Sequence record: DRR378314_1976
Direction: 5' to 3' (one strand)
DNA length: 38,503 bases
The notes under the pieces are model-generated. The model had not been told where the DNA came from and did no database searches. It was given only the letters and a program-made list of their open reading frames with translations. The position numbers and the translations under genes were made by a program. This document shows positions 29,196 through 38,185 of the stretch, piece after piece. Each line of letters opens with the position of its first letter. The first letter of the stretch is position 1.

Positions 29196-30233
29196 ATGCA
29201 GGAGGAAAATACAAACGATATAGAAAACGACGATTTATACGAACATTATAGGTTTACTGCTAGTGAAGGACAAGAACCTTTACGTGTAGATAAATTTTTA
29301 ATGAATTTTGTGGAAAATGCTACTCGTAATAAAGTACAACAAGCAGCAAAAGCAGGAAATGTCTTGGTAAATGATGTTGCTGTTAAGTCTAATTACAAAG
29401 TGAAGCCTAATGATGTTGTACGTGTAGTATTAGCACATCCACCAGCAGAAAATTTATTAGTAGCAGAAGATATTCCGTTAGATATTGTATATGAAGATGA
29501 AGCCGTTATTGTGGTTAATAAAGCGCCAGGAATGGTAGTACATCCTGGGCACGGAAACTATTCTGGAACTTTAGTTAATGGATTAATTCATCATATAGAA
29601 AATTTACCAACCAACTCTAATGAACGTCCAGGGTTAGTGCACAGGATTGACAAAGATACAAGTGGGTTATTAGTTGTTGCGAAAACAGAATATGCCATGG
29701 CACATTTGTCAAAGCAGTTTTTTGACAGAACTACTGAACGATTGTATTATGCACTTGTTTGGGGTAATATTGAAGAAGACGAAGGTAGGATTGAAGGAAA
29801 TATTGGACGAAGTTTTAAAAACCGCTTACAAATGGATGTTTTCCCAGAAGGTGATTTTGGAAAACATGCAGTTACTCATTTTAAAGTTTTAGAACGATTA
29901 ACTTATGTAACACTAGTGCAGTGTAAATTAGAAACCGGTAGAACACATCAAATAAGAGCCCATTTTAAGCATATTGGTCATACACTTTTTAATGATGAAC
30001 GTTATGGCGGAGATGATATTTTAAAAGGGACAACGTTTACCAAATACAAGCAATTTGTACAGAATTGTTTTAAAACATTGCCAAGACAAGCATTACATGC
30101 AAAGACCTTAGGTTTTGAACATCCAACAACAGGGGAATTTATGAGATTTAATTCAGAAGTTCCTGAAGATATTGAATCTTGTTTAGAAAAATGGAGAACC
30201 TATTCTGAAAATTCTAATCACGAGATTCAATAA
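29196..30233 (+). CDS. rluD: RluA-family 23S rRNA pseudouridine synthase RluD
   Basis: S4 domain, NKAPGMVVHPG, catalytic HRIDKDTSG, LETGRTHQIR, QALHA. Confidence 0.93.
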   Translation: MQEENTNDIENDDLYEHYRFTASEGQEPLRVDKFLMNFVENATRNKVQQAAKAGNVLVNDVAVKSNYKVKPNDVVRVVLAHPPAENLLVAEDIPLDIVYEDEAVIVVNKAPGMVVHPGHGNYSGTLVNGLIHHIENLPTNSNERPGLVHRIDKDTSGLLVVAKTEYAMAHLSKQFFDRTTERLYYALVWGNIEEDEGRIEGNIGRSFKNRLQMDVFPEGDFGKHAVTHFKVLERLTYVTLVQCKLETGRTHQIRAHFKHIGHTLFNDERYGGDDILKGTTFTKYKQFVQNCFKTLPRQALHAKTLGFEHPTTGEFMRFNSEVPEDIESCLEKWRTYSENSNHEIQ

Positions 30234-31312
30234 TTACTTTTTTTTTGGATAAACTGACCTAATTTATTCATAGCACTTATTGTACCTTTTTTAAAAGCCT
30301 TTTTTACAAACAAGAATATTAATAATTTTTTTATTGGAGATTTTGCTTCTAAAATAACTTCTGTTTCTAACAAGCAAGAATTGGCATTAATAGGTGTAAT
30401 TATTTGGTATTGATATACCTTATCTACAGGAGCAGGACTCGATGTCATTTCTCCGTAAATTAACTGACCAGGCTTTCCTTGTTTAGTAATTGTAGTAAAA
30501 TTTAGATGTTTGTCTTTAATAATACAAATATGTTCTGTACCAATTCTGTTTACTTCTTCTGCTTTAAATTTTAATTCTACACTTTCATCCAACCAGAATT
30601 TACGAAGCTGAAAATTAGTAAGATATTCTAATAAATCATTTGCAGCAATCTTAAACGAATTCTTAATTACAAAATTAGGCTTTTGAAGATGCTCAATTTT
30701 TATTGCAAGCTGAAAAGGTTTAAGCTGTAACTCCTTTTTATCTATAGTAGAGTATAAGTAATCTATTGTGTTAGAATCATAAATGTCTCTGCCAGTTTTA
30801 AAGTTGTACAACTTAGTTTGATAAGATTCAGATAATTGAATATGCTTTGTAAGTTCTTGGCTAAACAAAACATAATTATTGCTTTTTACAGAATTCTTTA
30901 ACAGTCTATGAGCTTCAATTACTTGTTTTCCAAAAGGTTTTCTGTTGTTTTGAACTGTAATAAATTGCAATTCGCCGCAATGCACAACAATTTTTAATTC
31001 TAAATTTGGTGCTGTAGAGCAAGCATTACACGGACAAATTCTGTTGTTTTCTAATAATTTTAAATGACTATAAAAAGCAGTAAACATATGTTCTACTTGT
31101 GCCAATAGTTTTTCTATAGATGGTATTTCATTCTCTTTATAAAAAAACAAAGCATCACCTTCAATTTCTGCTAATTGTAAATTTTCTGTATTTGCATCAA
31201 TCAATACTTCTAGTAATTCTGAAATTACATGCTGACTATGTTCTACCTCTGTATTTTGTACAAACTGTGTAAATCCAGAAATATCAGGTAAAAAAAGTAA
31301 AGATGATTGCAT
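30227..31312 (-). CDS. DUF2652 (class III nucleotide cyclase-like) domain fused to SRPBCC-like domain
   Basis: PDISGFT, EIEGDA, CPCNAC, LK.VVH.GE, VIEAHRLLKN; C-terminal START-like region (NRIGTEHIC). Confidence 0.75.
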   Translation of the reverse strand: MQSSLLFLPDISGFTQFVQNTEVEHSQHVISELLEVLIDANTENLQLAEIEGDALFFYKENEIPSIEKLLAQVEHMFTAFYSHLKLLENNRICPCNACSTAPNLELKIVVHCGELQFITVQNNRKPFGKQVIEAHRLLKNSVKSNNYVLFSQELTKHIQLSESYQTKLYNFKTGRDIYDSNTIDYLYSTIDKKELQLKPFQLAIKIEHLQKPNFVIKNSFKIAANDLLEYLTNFQLRKFWLDESVELKFKAEEVNRIGTEHICIIKDKHLNFTTITKQGKPGQLIYGEMTSSPAPVDKVYQYQIITPINANSCLLETEVILEAKSPIKKLLIFLFVKKAFKKGTISAMNKLGQFIQKKSNY

Positions 31313-31325
31313 AGGTTAAATCTAA

Positions 31326-31652
31326 CTATTTTTTTTGAGTATTAATTGTTACTGCCTGGTTTATGTAATAAGACAATGCAATTTCATGATATCCATTTAG
31401 TGAGATTACTCTTATACGTTTTCCTTTTCCTTGAAGTAAAGCTAGTTTGTCTTGAAAATATACTCCTTTTAAAAATCCGATATCTACGCCTTTTTCAGTA
31501 GTTCTTAAATGACAAATACCACCATTAGCATCACTATAAGTAGTAATTCTAACTTTTTTAGTTTCAGTAATATTTGGGTTTGATAATAATAAATTTCTAA
31601 TATCTAAAAACAAGGTTTTATAAACCGATTGTAAATCTTTATCGAATTGCAT
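31326..31652 (-). CDS. DUF1801/YdhG-like protein
   Basis: VDIGFLKG..D...LLQGKGKRIRVI pattern. Confidence 0.65.
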   Translation of the reverse strand: MQFDKDLQSVYKTLFLDIRNLLLSNPNITETKKVRITTYSDANGGICHLRTTEKGVDIGFLKGVYFQDKLALLQGKGKRIRVISLNGYHEIALSYYINQAVTINTQKK

Positions 31653-31679
31653 TTTTGTTAGTTATGTAATTTGGTGTAT

Positions 31680-32369
31680 TTAATCTCCGTAAGGACACGA
31701 AGCAAAATAATCTTGAATATTAAATTTAGGATCTTCGAATTGCTCTGGTAAAATTTTAAAATGTAATATTCTGTCAATTCTAAAAGCCCTAAGTTCTTTT
31801 CTTAAATGACAATATGCAATTAAAATCCATTTATGATTTGTAGAATACATTGCACAAGGTTCAATTTTACGAAACGAAACACTTGGATCATTGGCTTTCT
31901 GATAATTAATTTCTACAAAATTAAAATTGGTAATTGCCAACTGTATTTCAGACAAAGCATCACTAGAAAACTCTTCATACTCCCAGTTCCATACACGAAT
32001 CTTATCACTTAATAATTCGCTTTTTTCTTGAATAGAACTTCTAAAAACCGACTTTATTTTTGTCAATGCTTCATTAAACTCATTTACAAAAGAAGCATCT
32101 TTAGATTGGTTAATAATATGTTGCGCAGTAATTAATGCATTGGCTTGTTTTTCTGAAAACTGAACTGGAGCTACGGTGTAATTATCCATTAAACTATAGC
32201 CTCTACCTTCTATAGTATATACAGGTATGCCAGCATCTTCTAGTTTTCTAATATCTCTATAAACAGTTCTTATGCTAACATCAAATTTTTCTGATAATTC
32301 TGTAGCAGTTAAAAGCCGTTTAGATTTTAACAGGGTAAGAATAGAAATAAGCCTAGATAATTGCGACAT
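31680..32369 (-). CDS. YafY-like HTH-WYL transcriptional regulator
   Basis: TATELSEKFDVSIRTVYRDI..L..AG.P, GRGY, R.IEP, WILIAYCHLRKELRAFRIDRI. Confidence 0.94.
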   Translation of the reverse strand: MSQLSRLISILTLLKSKRLLTATELSEKFDVSIRTVYRDIRKLEDAGIPVYTIEGRGYSLMDNYTVAPVQFSEKQANALITAQHIINQSKDASFVNEFNEALTKIKSVFRSSIQEKSELLSDKIRVWNWEYEEFSSDALSEIQLAITNFNFVEINYQKANDPSVSFRKIEPCAMYSTNHKWILIAYCHLRKELRAFRIDRILHFKILPEQFEDPKFNIQDYFASCPYGD

Positions 32370-32371
32370 AG

Positions 32372-32406
32372 AAAAACAAAGATAGCGAACCCAACGGATT
32401 CGCTAT
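32372..32406 (-). terminator. Hairpin terminator after the VOC gene, overlapping the -7 element of the WYL gene
   Basis: Minus strand atagcgaatcc-gtt-gggttcgctat then ctttgttttt; TATCTTTG at 32377-32384. Confidence 0.7.
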
Positions 32407-32414
32407 GTTAAAAT

Positions 32415-32792
32415 TTAATTCATAGAGTGTAAAGCAACACGATTCCCTTCGGTATCAATAAACTGAGCGATAAAGCCGTTTTCTCCAATACCCATTTTTG
32501 CAATAAAAACTTGTCCGCCTGCCGCTTCTACTTTGTTTAAAACGTTGTTTAAATCTTCGCCACCATTTAAATAGACGGTAGAACCATCTTTAGAAGGATT
32601 CATCTTGTCCATCCTCATAATAGCGCCACCAACGCCACCGTTTTCTATATCATGTGGAAACATTCCATACTCAACATTTTCCTCTGGCATTGGCATGTCT
32701 GTAATTTCAATGCCTAAAATAGTTTGGTAAAAAGTTTTTGCTCTTTGGTAATCTGTTACTGGAATCTCAAACCAGTTGATTGCATTTTTCAT
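32415..32792 (-). CDS. VOC/glyoxalase family protein
   Basis: INWFEIPVTD..RAK.FY, VEAAGG, FIDTEGNRVALHS. Confidence 0.92.
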   Translation of the reverse strand: MKNAINWFEIPVTDYQRAKTFYQTILGIEITDMPMPEENVEYGMFPHDIENGGVGGAIMRMDKMNPSKDGSTVYLNGGEDLNNVLNKVEAAGGQVFIAKMGIGENGFIAQFIDTEGNRVALHSMN

Positions 32793-32822
32793 TTGTTTTG
32801 GTTTTTATATTAAATAATACCA

Positions 32823-32857
32823 CAAAAGTAAATGCAGAGTTGTCAGATGATGTCAGA
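32823..32857 (-). promoter_or_regulatory. VOC promoter with direct-repeat operator (candidate WYL-regulator site)
   Basis: Minus strand TCTGACA-tca-TCTGACA-N10-TACTTTTG. Confidence 0.65.
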
Positions 32858-32899
32858 GGTAAAAAGATTTTTTATTTTTAATATGTTTGCTATAACATT

Positions 32900-33346
32900 T
32901 TATAAATCTATTAATCGCCTATGATAATTAATTTGTCCAAGATGATAAGTCAAATGTTTAATTAAATGAACTAGTAAATACTCATTAGTTTCTGCTTTAG
33001 AAAACTTTAAAATAGGGAAATCATTTTTTAATTCTTCGTTTGTAATCGATAATAGTGATTTTTTCACTAATTCTTTGGTGCAATTTATGCTGTTTATCAA
33101 TTCAGTTCTAGGAACTTTTTTTTGAGTAAATTCAAGTTCTCTATTCCTAACATACTTAGTTTTTCCTATTTCTTTACCAATAAAAGTGTGTAAGTTTCCA
33201 ATTAAATGCAAAGTTAAATTCCCTGCAGAATTAGAAATGTTTTTCTCTGTTTTCCAAATATTATCTTCATTATTATAGAGTTTTATTTCAGAGATTAAGT
33301 TGTTCAGCTCGTTTTCAAAAAAAGTTGTTAACTCGTTTTTATTCAT
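32900..33346 (-). CDS. DinB-like (DUF1572) protein
   Basis: NSAGNLTLHLIGNL, RNRELEF, HLTYHLGQINYHRR. Confidence 0.88.
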   Translation of the reverse strand: MNKNELTTFFENELNNLISEIKLYNNEDNIWKTEKNISNSAGNLTLHLIGNLHTFIGKEIGKTKYVRNRELEFTQKKVPRTELINSINCTKELVKKSLLSITNEELKNDFPILKFSKAETNEYLLVHLIKHLTYHLGQINYHRRLIDL

Positions 33347-33573
33347 TTGTAAAATCTATTAAATTTAAAATCATTTAATACTTATTAATTTATGAAACTA
33401 AATCAGGCTTATTGCTTTGTGTTTTCAAAAGTATTTGTTAGTTAGAGCATAGAGCTCTTTTTTAATAATGTATTAGTAGTTAGCGAATTTATCTAAAAAC
33501 CAATTTAGAAACAAACTAAAGAAAGGGTTTTGTCTAGGTATAAATACCTGTTTTTAGTTGTTGTCTTTATGTA

Positions 33574-34761
33574 TTACTGATAATATTTTTCTGCATATTT
33601 TTTAAGTGTTCGATAAATGTCTCTAGCATCTATCATACTGTTTTCAGTGTCTGAAGTATTTATAAATACAACAATACCAATTCCTAATTTTTTTAATATA
33701 TAGGCATGAGAAATTATTCCAGGATCATTACCACTATGTCCAATTTTTTCTGAGTCCACACTCCAGAAAATACCTTTTTTAAAATCAGAAGAAACTGGGT
33801 TTTTCATCATTACTTTATAACTTTTAGAGGTCAATACATTATCTTCACCTTGATACCCCTGAATCATTGTACTTAAGAATGTGCCGTAATCAATTACGCT
33901 TGACATAAAATTGCCATCAGGGTAGGTTATCAAATCGCTATCTGGTAAAGGATGCCCCATCCAATATAAGGTTGATTGGTTTGTAGGTTCGTAATTTTTT
34001 CCTCTCCAACCCGAGTTTTTCATCTGTAGAGGTTCTAGTATGTGTTTTTTTACAAAATTGGCATAGTTTTCACCTGTAGCTTGTTCAATAATATAAGCCG
34101 CAATATTAGCGCCCATATTGCTGTATTTGTAGGTGCTTCCTGGGCGGTTGTTGGAAAAGTTTTGTGCTGTGTTATACCATGCTTGATCTTTTACATATTG
34201 CTTTTTAATAAATTTACCTAAAGGCATCATTTTATTTGTATTGACCATATCTACCCATTGTTTAACTTCTGCTTTTAAGTTGTTGTCTTCAAAATGCTTG
34301 TAAAAAGCAGGAATTGCGTTTTTATATACATAGGTTTTTTCATAAAAATCGCCATCAAGAATACTAGAAGTATGGTTAGCAAGTTGGCGTATTGTAATTT
34401 TTTCGTTTGAAAAATTCGGATTGTTTATCTTAAATGGTAAATAGTTGTTTATAGGGTCATTCAAATGCAATTTTCCCATTTCCTGAGCTTTCATTAAGGC
34501 AACAGCTAGGAGTGTTTTAGAAACCGAGGCAACAGGTTGTACTGTATGAATGTTGTACGGTGTGTTGGATTTTTTATCAGCATTTCCAAACCCTTTTGCA
34601 TAGATGATACTGTCTTTATTTACCATGGCTACACTAAAACCAACAAGAGCGTTCTTCTTACTTATTTTAGTCAACTCAATAGTAATTGAATCATTTATGC
34701 TTTGAGCTTTGAGTGAAATGTTTATTCCTAGTATAAAGACTAGCAAAATTATTTTTTTCAT
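33574..34761 (-). CDS. Secreted serine hydrolase, beta-lactamase class C/PBP-like fold
   Basis: SxxK (SVSK), LANHTS, YSN, GHSG. Signal peptide from MKKIILL (34761). Confidence 0.88.
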   Translation of the reverse strand: MKKIILLVFILGINISLKAQSINDSITIELTKISKKNALVGFSVAMVNKDSIIYAKGFGNADKKSNTPYNIHTVQPVASVSKTLLAVALMKAQEMGKLHLNDPINNYLPFKINNPNFSNEKITIRQLANHTSSILDGDFYEKTYVYKNAIPAFYKHFEDNNLKAEVKQWVDMVNTNKMMPLGKFIKKQYVKDQAWYNTAQNFSNNRPGSTYKYSNMGANIAAYIIEQATGENYANFVKKHILEPLQMKNSGWRGKNYEPTNQSTLYWMGHPLPDSDLITYPDGNFMSSVIDYGTFLSTMIQGYQGEDNVLTSKSYKVMMKNPVSSDFKKGIFWSVDSEKIGHSGNDPGIISHAYILKKLGIGIVVFINTSDTENSMIDARDIYRTLKKYAEKYYQ

Positions 34762-34890
34762 GAAAAATCTAATGATGTTTGATAAAAGACGATTAAAGGG
34801 TTCTGTGATAACATCGCTTTTTTTACTTGTTATTAATCTGGACATATGTTTCTGCTTTTGAGTTTTTTTTCACTGCTTAAAAAAGAAAGG

Positions 34891-35583
34891 TTACTGTTTT
34901 TTTCTTGGTTTCTTTTTTGAGGAAGGAGCATCATCATTTACATGGCGAAAATTGGTAAACCCGCGTTCTGGATGAAAAGTATAAATATTGTCTTGATTTC
35001 TGTATTTCCCTTCGCCAACGGTCCATCTAAAGGTTAAAGAATGTCCTGGTCCGTCTAATTCTAAAATTTCTATTCTGGTTGGTCTGTCTGAATTATAAAC
35101 ACGTACTTCACCTTGTTTCCAATACCCAAGCGGAAATTTACTTCCTGTACCTTTATAAGTTCTGGTTCCCCATTGCGCTCTTTTGTCGTAAATTCTTACC
35201 AGTCCGTCTTTCGTTTTATTAATAGTAAAAAAAGACTCTACCAATCCACCACGAATTTTAAAGGTTCTTCGGTAATAAGAAACTGTATCACCAGCCCAAT
35301 CTATAGCCGTGTTGTTCTCTTTGGTTTTAAAAGGGCCTGATATATAATACTTGTCGCAGGGTCTATTTTTACCAGTTACTTTTGCACAGGCAACGGTGTT
35401 TACTTCTTTTAATGTTAACTCGTGTTTTCCATCCCAAGTAGCTCCGGTAAACAATTCAACAGGAATAAAACGTTGTTTGGTGGCGCTGTTATAGGCCTTA
35501 TCCCAAGGACTTTGTTTAGTGGTTTGTTGTCCAAAGGAAATAGAACAGATACTTACGAATAGTGCTAGGGTGAAAAATCTCAT
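34891..35583 (-). CDS. Hypothetical secreted protein
   Basis: Sec signal peptide MRFFTLALFVSICSISFG; no family recognised. Start set at ATG 35583. Confidence 0.7.
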   Translation of the reverse strand: MRFFTLALFVSICSISFGQQTTKQSPWDKAYNSATKQRFIPVELFTGATWDGKHELTLKEVNTVACAKVTGKNRPCDKYYISGPFKTKENNTAIDWAGDTVSYYRRTFKIRGGLVESFFTINKTKDGLVRIYDKRAQWGTRTYKGTGSKFPLGYWKQGEVRVYNSDRPTRIEILELDGPGHSLTFRWTVGEGKYRNQDNIYTFHPERGFTNFRHVNDDAPSSKKKPRKKQ

Positions 35584-35822
35584 TTTTTGATGCTTTTTAA
35601 TTTGAAATTGCAATAGTAGCCATCAAATAAGAGCCAGAAAAAAGTGATGTCTTCAACTGTAGTATTTATGTTGTGAACTGCTGTTTTGAGATTGGTTCGA
35701 GTATGAAAAATTATTCTCGTTCCGAAATCAATTCTATTTATGTATGTATCAATTTAAATGTTGCGAAAATTTGAATGTGTTGGTAGCAAATTGTATTTTT
35801 ACTTCATAAGAAAACAGTCTAT

Positions 35823-36581
35823 ATGAAAATCATTATATCTCCAGCCAAATCTTTAGATTTTGAAACTCCAGTAGCTACGAGCTTACATTCGCAACCACAA
35901 TTTTTAGAAGAATCTGTAAAACTAAACAAGAAGTTAAAAACGTTATCTCGTAAAAAGATTGCTGAGTTTATGGGGATTTCTAAAGACTTGGCAGCACTCA
36001 ACTATCAACGCAACCAAGATTGGTCGTTGCCTTTTACACCAGAAAATGCCAAACAAGCTGTATTTGCGTTTACCGGAGAAGTATATCGAGGTATTGATGT
36101 GACTACACTAGCAGTAGACAAATTACCAGTATTACAAGACCGTTTACGTATTTTATCTGGACTGTATGGCTTGCTAAAACCATTGGATTTAATGCAACCG
36201 TATCGTTTAGAAATGGGGAAGAAGCTAAAAGTAGGTCGTAAAGAAAACTTATATAAATTCTGGGGAGATAGTATTGCAGAAACATTAAATGATGAAATGG
36301 CTGACGATGAATTGTTTATCAATTTGGCAAGTTCTGAGTATTTTAAAGCGGTCAATCAAAAGGTATTGAAAGTGCCAATGATTACGCCAGTATTTAAAGA
36401 TTTTAAAAACGGACAATACAAAACCATCATGACTTTTGCTAAAAAAGCACGTGGATTAATGGTGCGTTATCTTGTAGAAAATAATATCCAAGATTTAGAC
36501 GGTATCAAAACATTTAATACCGATGGTTATGCGTTTGATGCAAACATGTCAACTGAAACGGAATTGGTGTTTACTAGATAA
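35823..36581 (+). CDS. yaaA: Peroxide stress protein YaaA
   Basis: IISPAKSL, ILSGLYGLLKPLD..PYRLEMG, NLASSEY, AKKARGLM. Confidence 0.95.
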   Translation: MKIIISPAKSLDFETPVATSLHSQPQFLEESVKLNKKLKTLSRKKIAEFMGISKDLAALNYQRNQDWSLPFTPENAKQAVFAFTGEVYRGIDVTTLAVDKLPVLQDRLRILSGLYGLLKPLDLMQPYRLEMGKKLKVGRKENLYKFWGDSIAETLNDEMADDELFINLASSEYFKAVNQKVLKVPMITPVFKDFKNGQYKTIMTFAKKARGLMVRYLVENNIQDLDGIKTFNTDGYAFDANMSTETELVFTR

Positions 36582-36674
36582 TACATATCACAGTATTGTT
36601 GCAGTATTTTTAAAGAAAAATAAAGGATTGAGATAATTTAAGGCAATGTATAGCCTTGTAATGCTATTTTTGGT

Positions 36675-38099
36675 TTAACAATCAGCCAAGCCAACAGTAA
36701 CAGCTAAACCACCTTCAGAAGTTTCTTTATAATTCCTATTCATGTCCTTAGCTGTTTCCCACATGGTGTCAATTACTTTATCTAAGGGCACTTTTGCTTC
36801 TTTTGGATCAGTTTCTAAAGCCAATTCAGCCGCATTAATTGCTTTAATGGCTCCCATGGCATTACGTTCTATACACGGAATTTGAACCAAACCTCCAATT
36901 GGGTCACATGTCAAACCTAAATGATGCTCCATCGCAATTTCAGCAGCCACTAAGCTTTGAGCTGGACTTCCTCCAAGTAATTCGGTTAAAGCTCCAGCTG
37001 CCATCGCAGAAGAAACGCCAATCTCTGCTTGGCATCCACCCATTGCTGCAGATATGGTTGCGTTCTTTTTGAAAATACTACCAATTTCTCCAGCGGTTAA
37101 TAAGAATTTTTTAATGTGGGTGAAATCTGCTTCATGATTTTCAATAACTAAATAATACATTAAAACAGCTGGGATTACTCCTGCACTTCCATTGGTTGGA
37201 GCTGTTACAACTCTACCTAAAGAAGCATTTACTTCGTTTACAGATAATGCAAAACAACTTACCCATTTTAATATTTCTCTAAACTTAACCTCTGTGCTTC
37301 TAATTCCAGTAATCCAATCATGTTGGTTGGTGTATTTAGCATCTTTTATTAACTTATTATGCATAGTTAAAGCTCTTCGCTTTACATTTAATCCTCCTGG
37401 TAAAACACCATCTGTATGACAACCAGTATACATGCATTCTAACATAGTGTCCCAAATTCTATGCAATTCAGTATCAATTTCTTTTGCTGATTTTAATTCT
37501 AATTCATTTTGATAAACAATTTCAGAAATCAATTTTCCTTCATCTTCGCAATATTTTTCTAATTGCGTTGCTCTATTTATTGGATAGGGGAAATTGTTTT
37601 TTGTGAATTCATTTTCCTCTAGTGCTTCTGTACTTTCTTGAACAACAAAACCACCTCCAATAGAGTAATATGTTTCTTTAGAAATAATGGTTTCATTCTG
37701 ATATCCAATAAATGTCATCCCGTTAGAATGAAAAGGTAAAAAGTCGCGATTAAAAACTACGGTATTTTCAGAGTATGGGATTTCTTTGGTACCGTTAAAT
37801 TGTAACTTATTAGAGGTTTTTATAGTTGAGATTATTGAATCAATCGAATCAATAGGAATATATTCAGGATCTGTTCCGCTTAACCCTAATAATACAGCTA
37901 AATCTGTTGCGTGTCCTTTTCCTGTTAAAGATAAAGAGCCATATAAATCTACATGTATATGGGTAATGTTTTCAAAAAGAGCATCTTCTTGCAATTTCAA
38001 TATCCATTGCTGAGTTGCACGCCACGGACCTAAAGTATGAGAACTTGAAGGTCCCACACCTATCTTTAACATATCAAAAACACTAATAAATTGCGACAT
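36675..38099 (-). CDS. sdaA: L-serine ammonia-lyase, Fe-S dependent single-chain form
   Basis: GVGPSSSHT.GP, GSLSLTGKGH, YSIGGG, TAPTNG, GCQAEIG, GLTCDP, IPCIERN. Confidence 0.96.
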   Translation of the reverse strand: MSQFISVFDMLKIGVGPSSSHTLGPWRATQQWILKLQEDALFENITHIHVDLYGSLSLTGKGHATDLAVLLGLSGTDPEYIPIDSIDSIISTIKTSNKLQFNGTKEIPYSENTVVFNRDFLPFHSNGMTFIGYQNETIISKETYYSIGGGFVVQESTEALEENEFTKNNFPYPINRATQLEKYCEDEGKLISEIVYQNELELKSAKEIDTELHRIWDTMLECMYTGCHTDGVLPGGLNVKRRALTMHNKLIKDAKYTNQHDWITGIRSTEVKFREILKWVSCFALSVNEVNASLGRVVTAPTNGSAGVIPAVLMYYLVIENHEADFTHIKKFLLTAGEIGSIFKKNATISAAMGGCQAEIGVSSAMAAGALTELLGGSPAQSLVAAEIAMEHHLGLTCDPIGGLVQIPCIERNAMGAIKAINAAELALETDPKEAKVPLDKVIDTMWETAKDMNRNYKETSEGGLAVTVGLADC

Positions 38100-38185
38100 C
38101 CTTTAATTTTTGGCTAAAGTATAAAAAACCTTTATTTGAAAAGTATTATTTATTGAATTTTATATGCTCCTAAAAAAGATGAATT

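Noticed and set aside
30227-32369. WYL + cyclase-like gene as a Pycsar/CBASS-type antiphage system
   Set aside because: No cyclic-nucleotide-binding, TIR, TM or nuclease effector is adjacent, and the WYL is a short YafY type linked to VOC/DinB genes.
32883-32898. ATGTT-tgctat-AACAT palindrome after the DinB-like stop, considered as a gene-cassette or dif-like recombination site
   Set aside because: Single short copy in AT-rich DNA, with no partner site or recombinase in the window.
33574-34761. Possible beta-lactam resistance gene
   Set aside because: SxxK/YxN/HxG marks the broad serine-hydrolase superfamily. The AmpC KTG motif is absent, so resistance cannot be claimed.
34786-34815. Possible ECF-sigma promoter (minus strand TCAC...CGTCTT) upstream of the serine hydrolase
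   Set aside because: Only the CGTC half is convincing, and no ECF sigma gene is nearby.
36640-36657. aaggc-N8-gcctt hairpin between convergent yaaA and sdaA
   Set aside because: A 5-bp stem with a large loop and no adjacent U-tract is too weak to call a terminator.
151-38013. Short (60-146 aa) ORFs in the track lying antisense or out of frame within recognised genes, e.g. 15836-16168, 20651-21091, 28873-29214, 36005-36355
   Set aside because: They lie wholly or mostly within well-supported genes, have no motifs and show composition typical of shadow frames.
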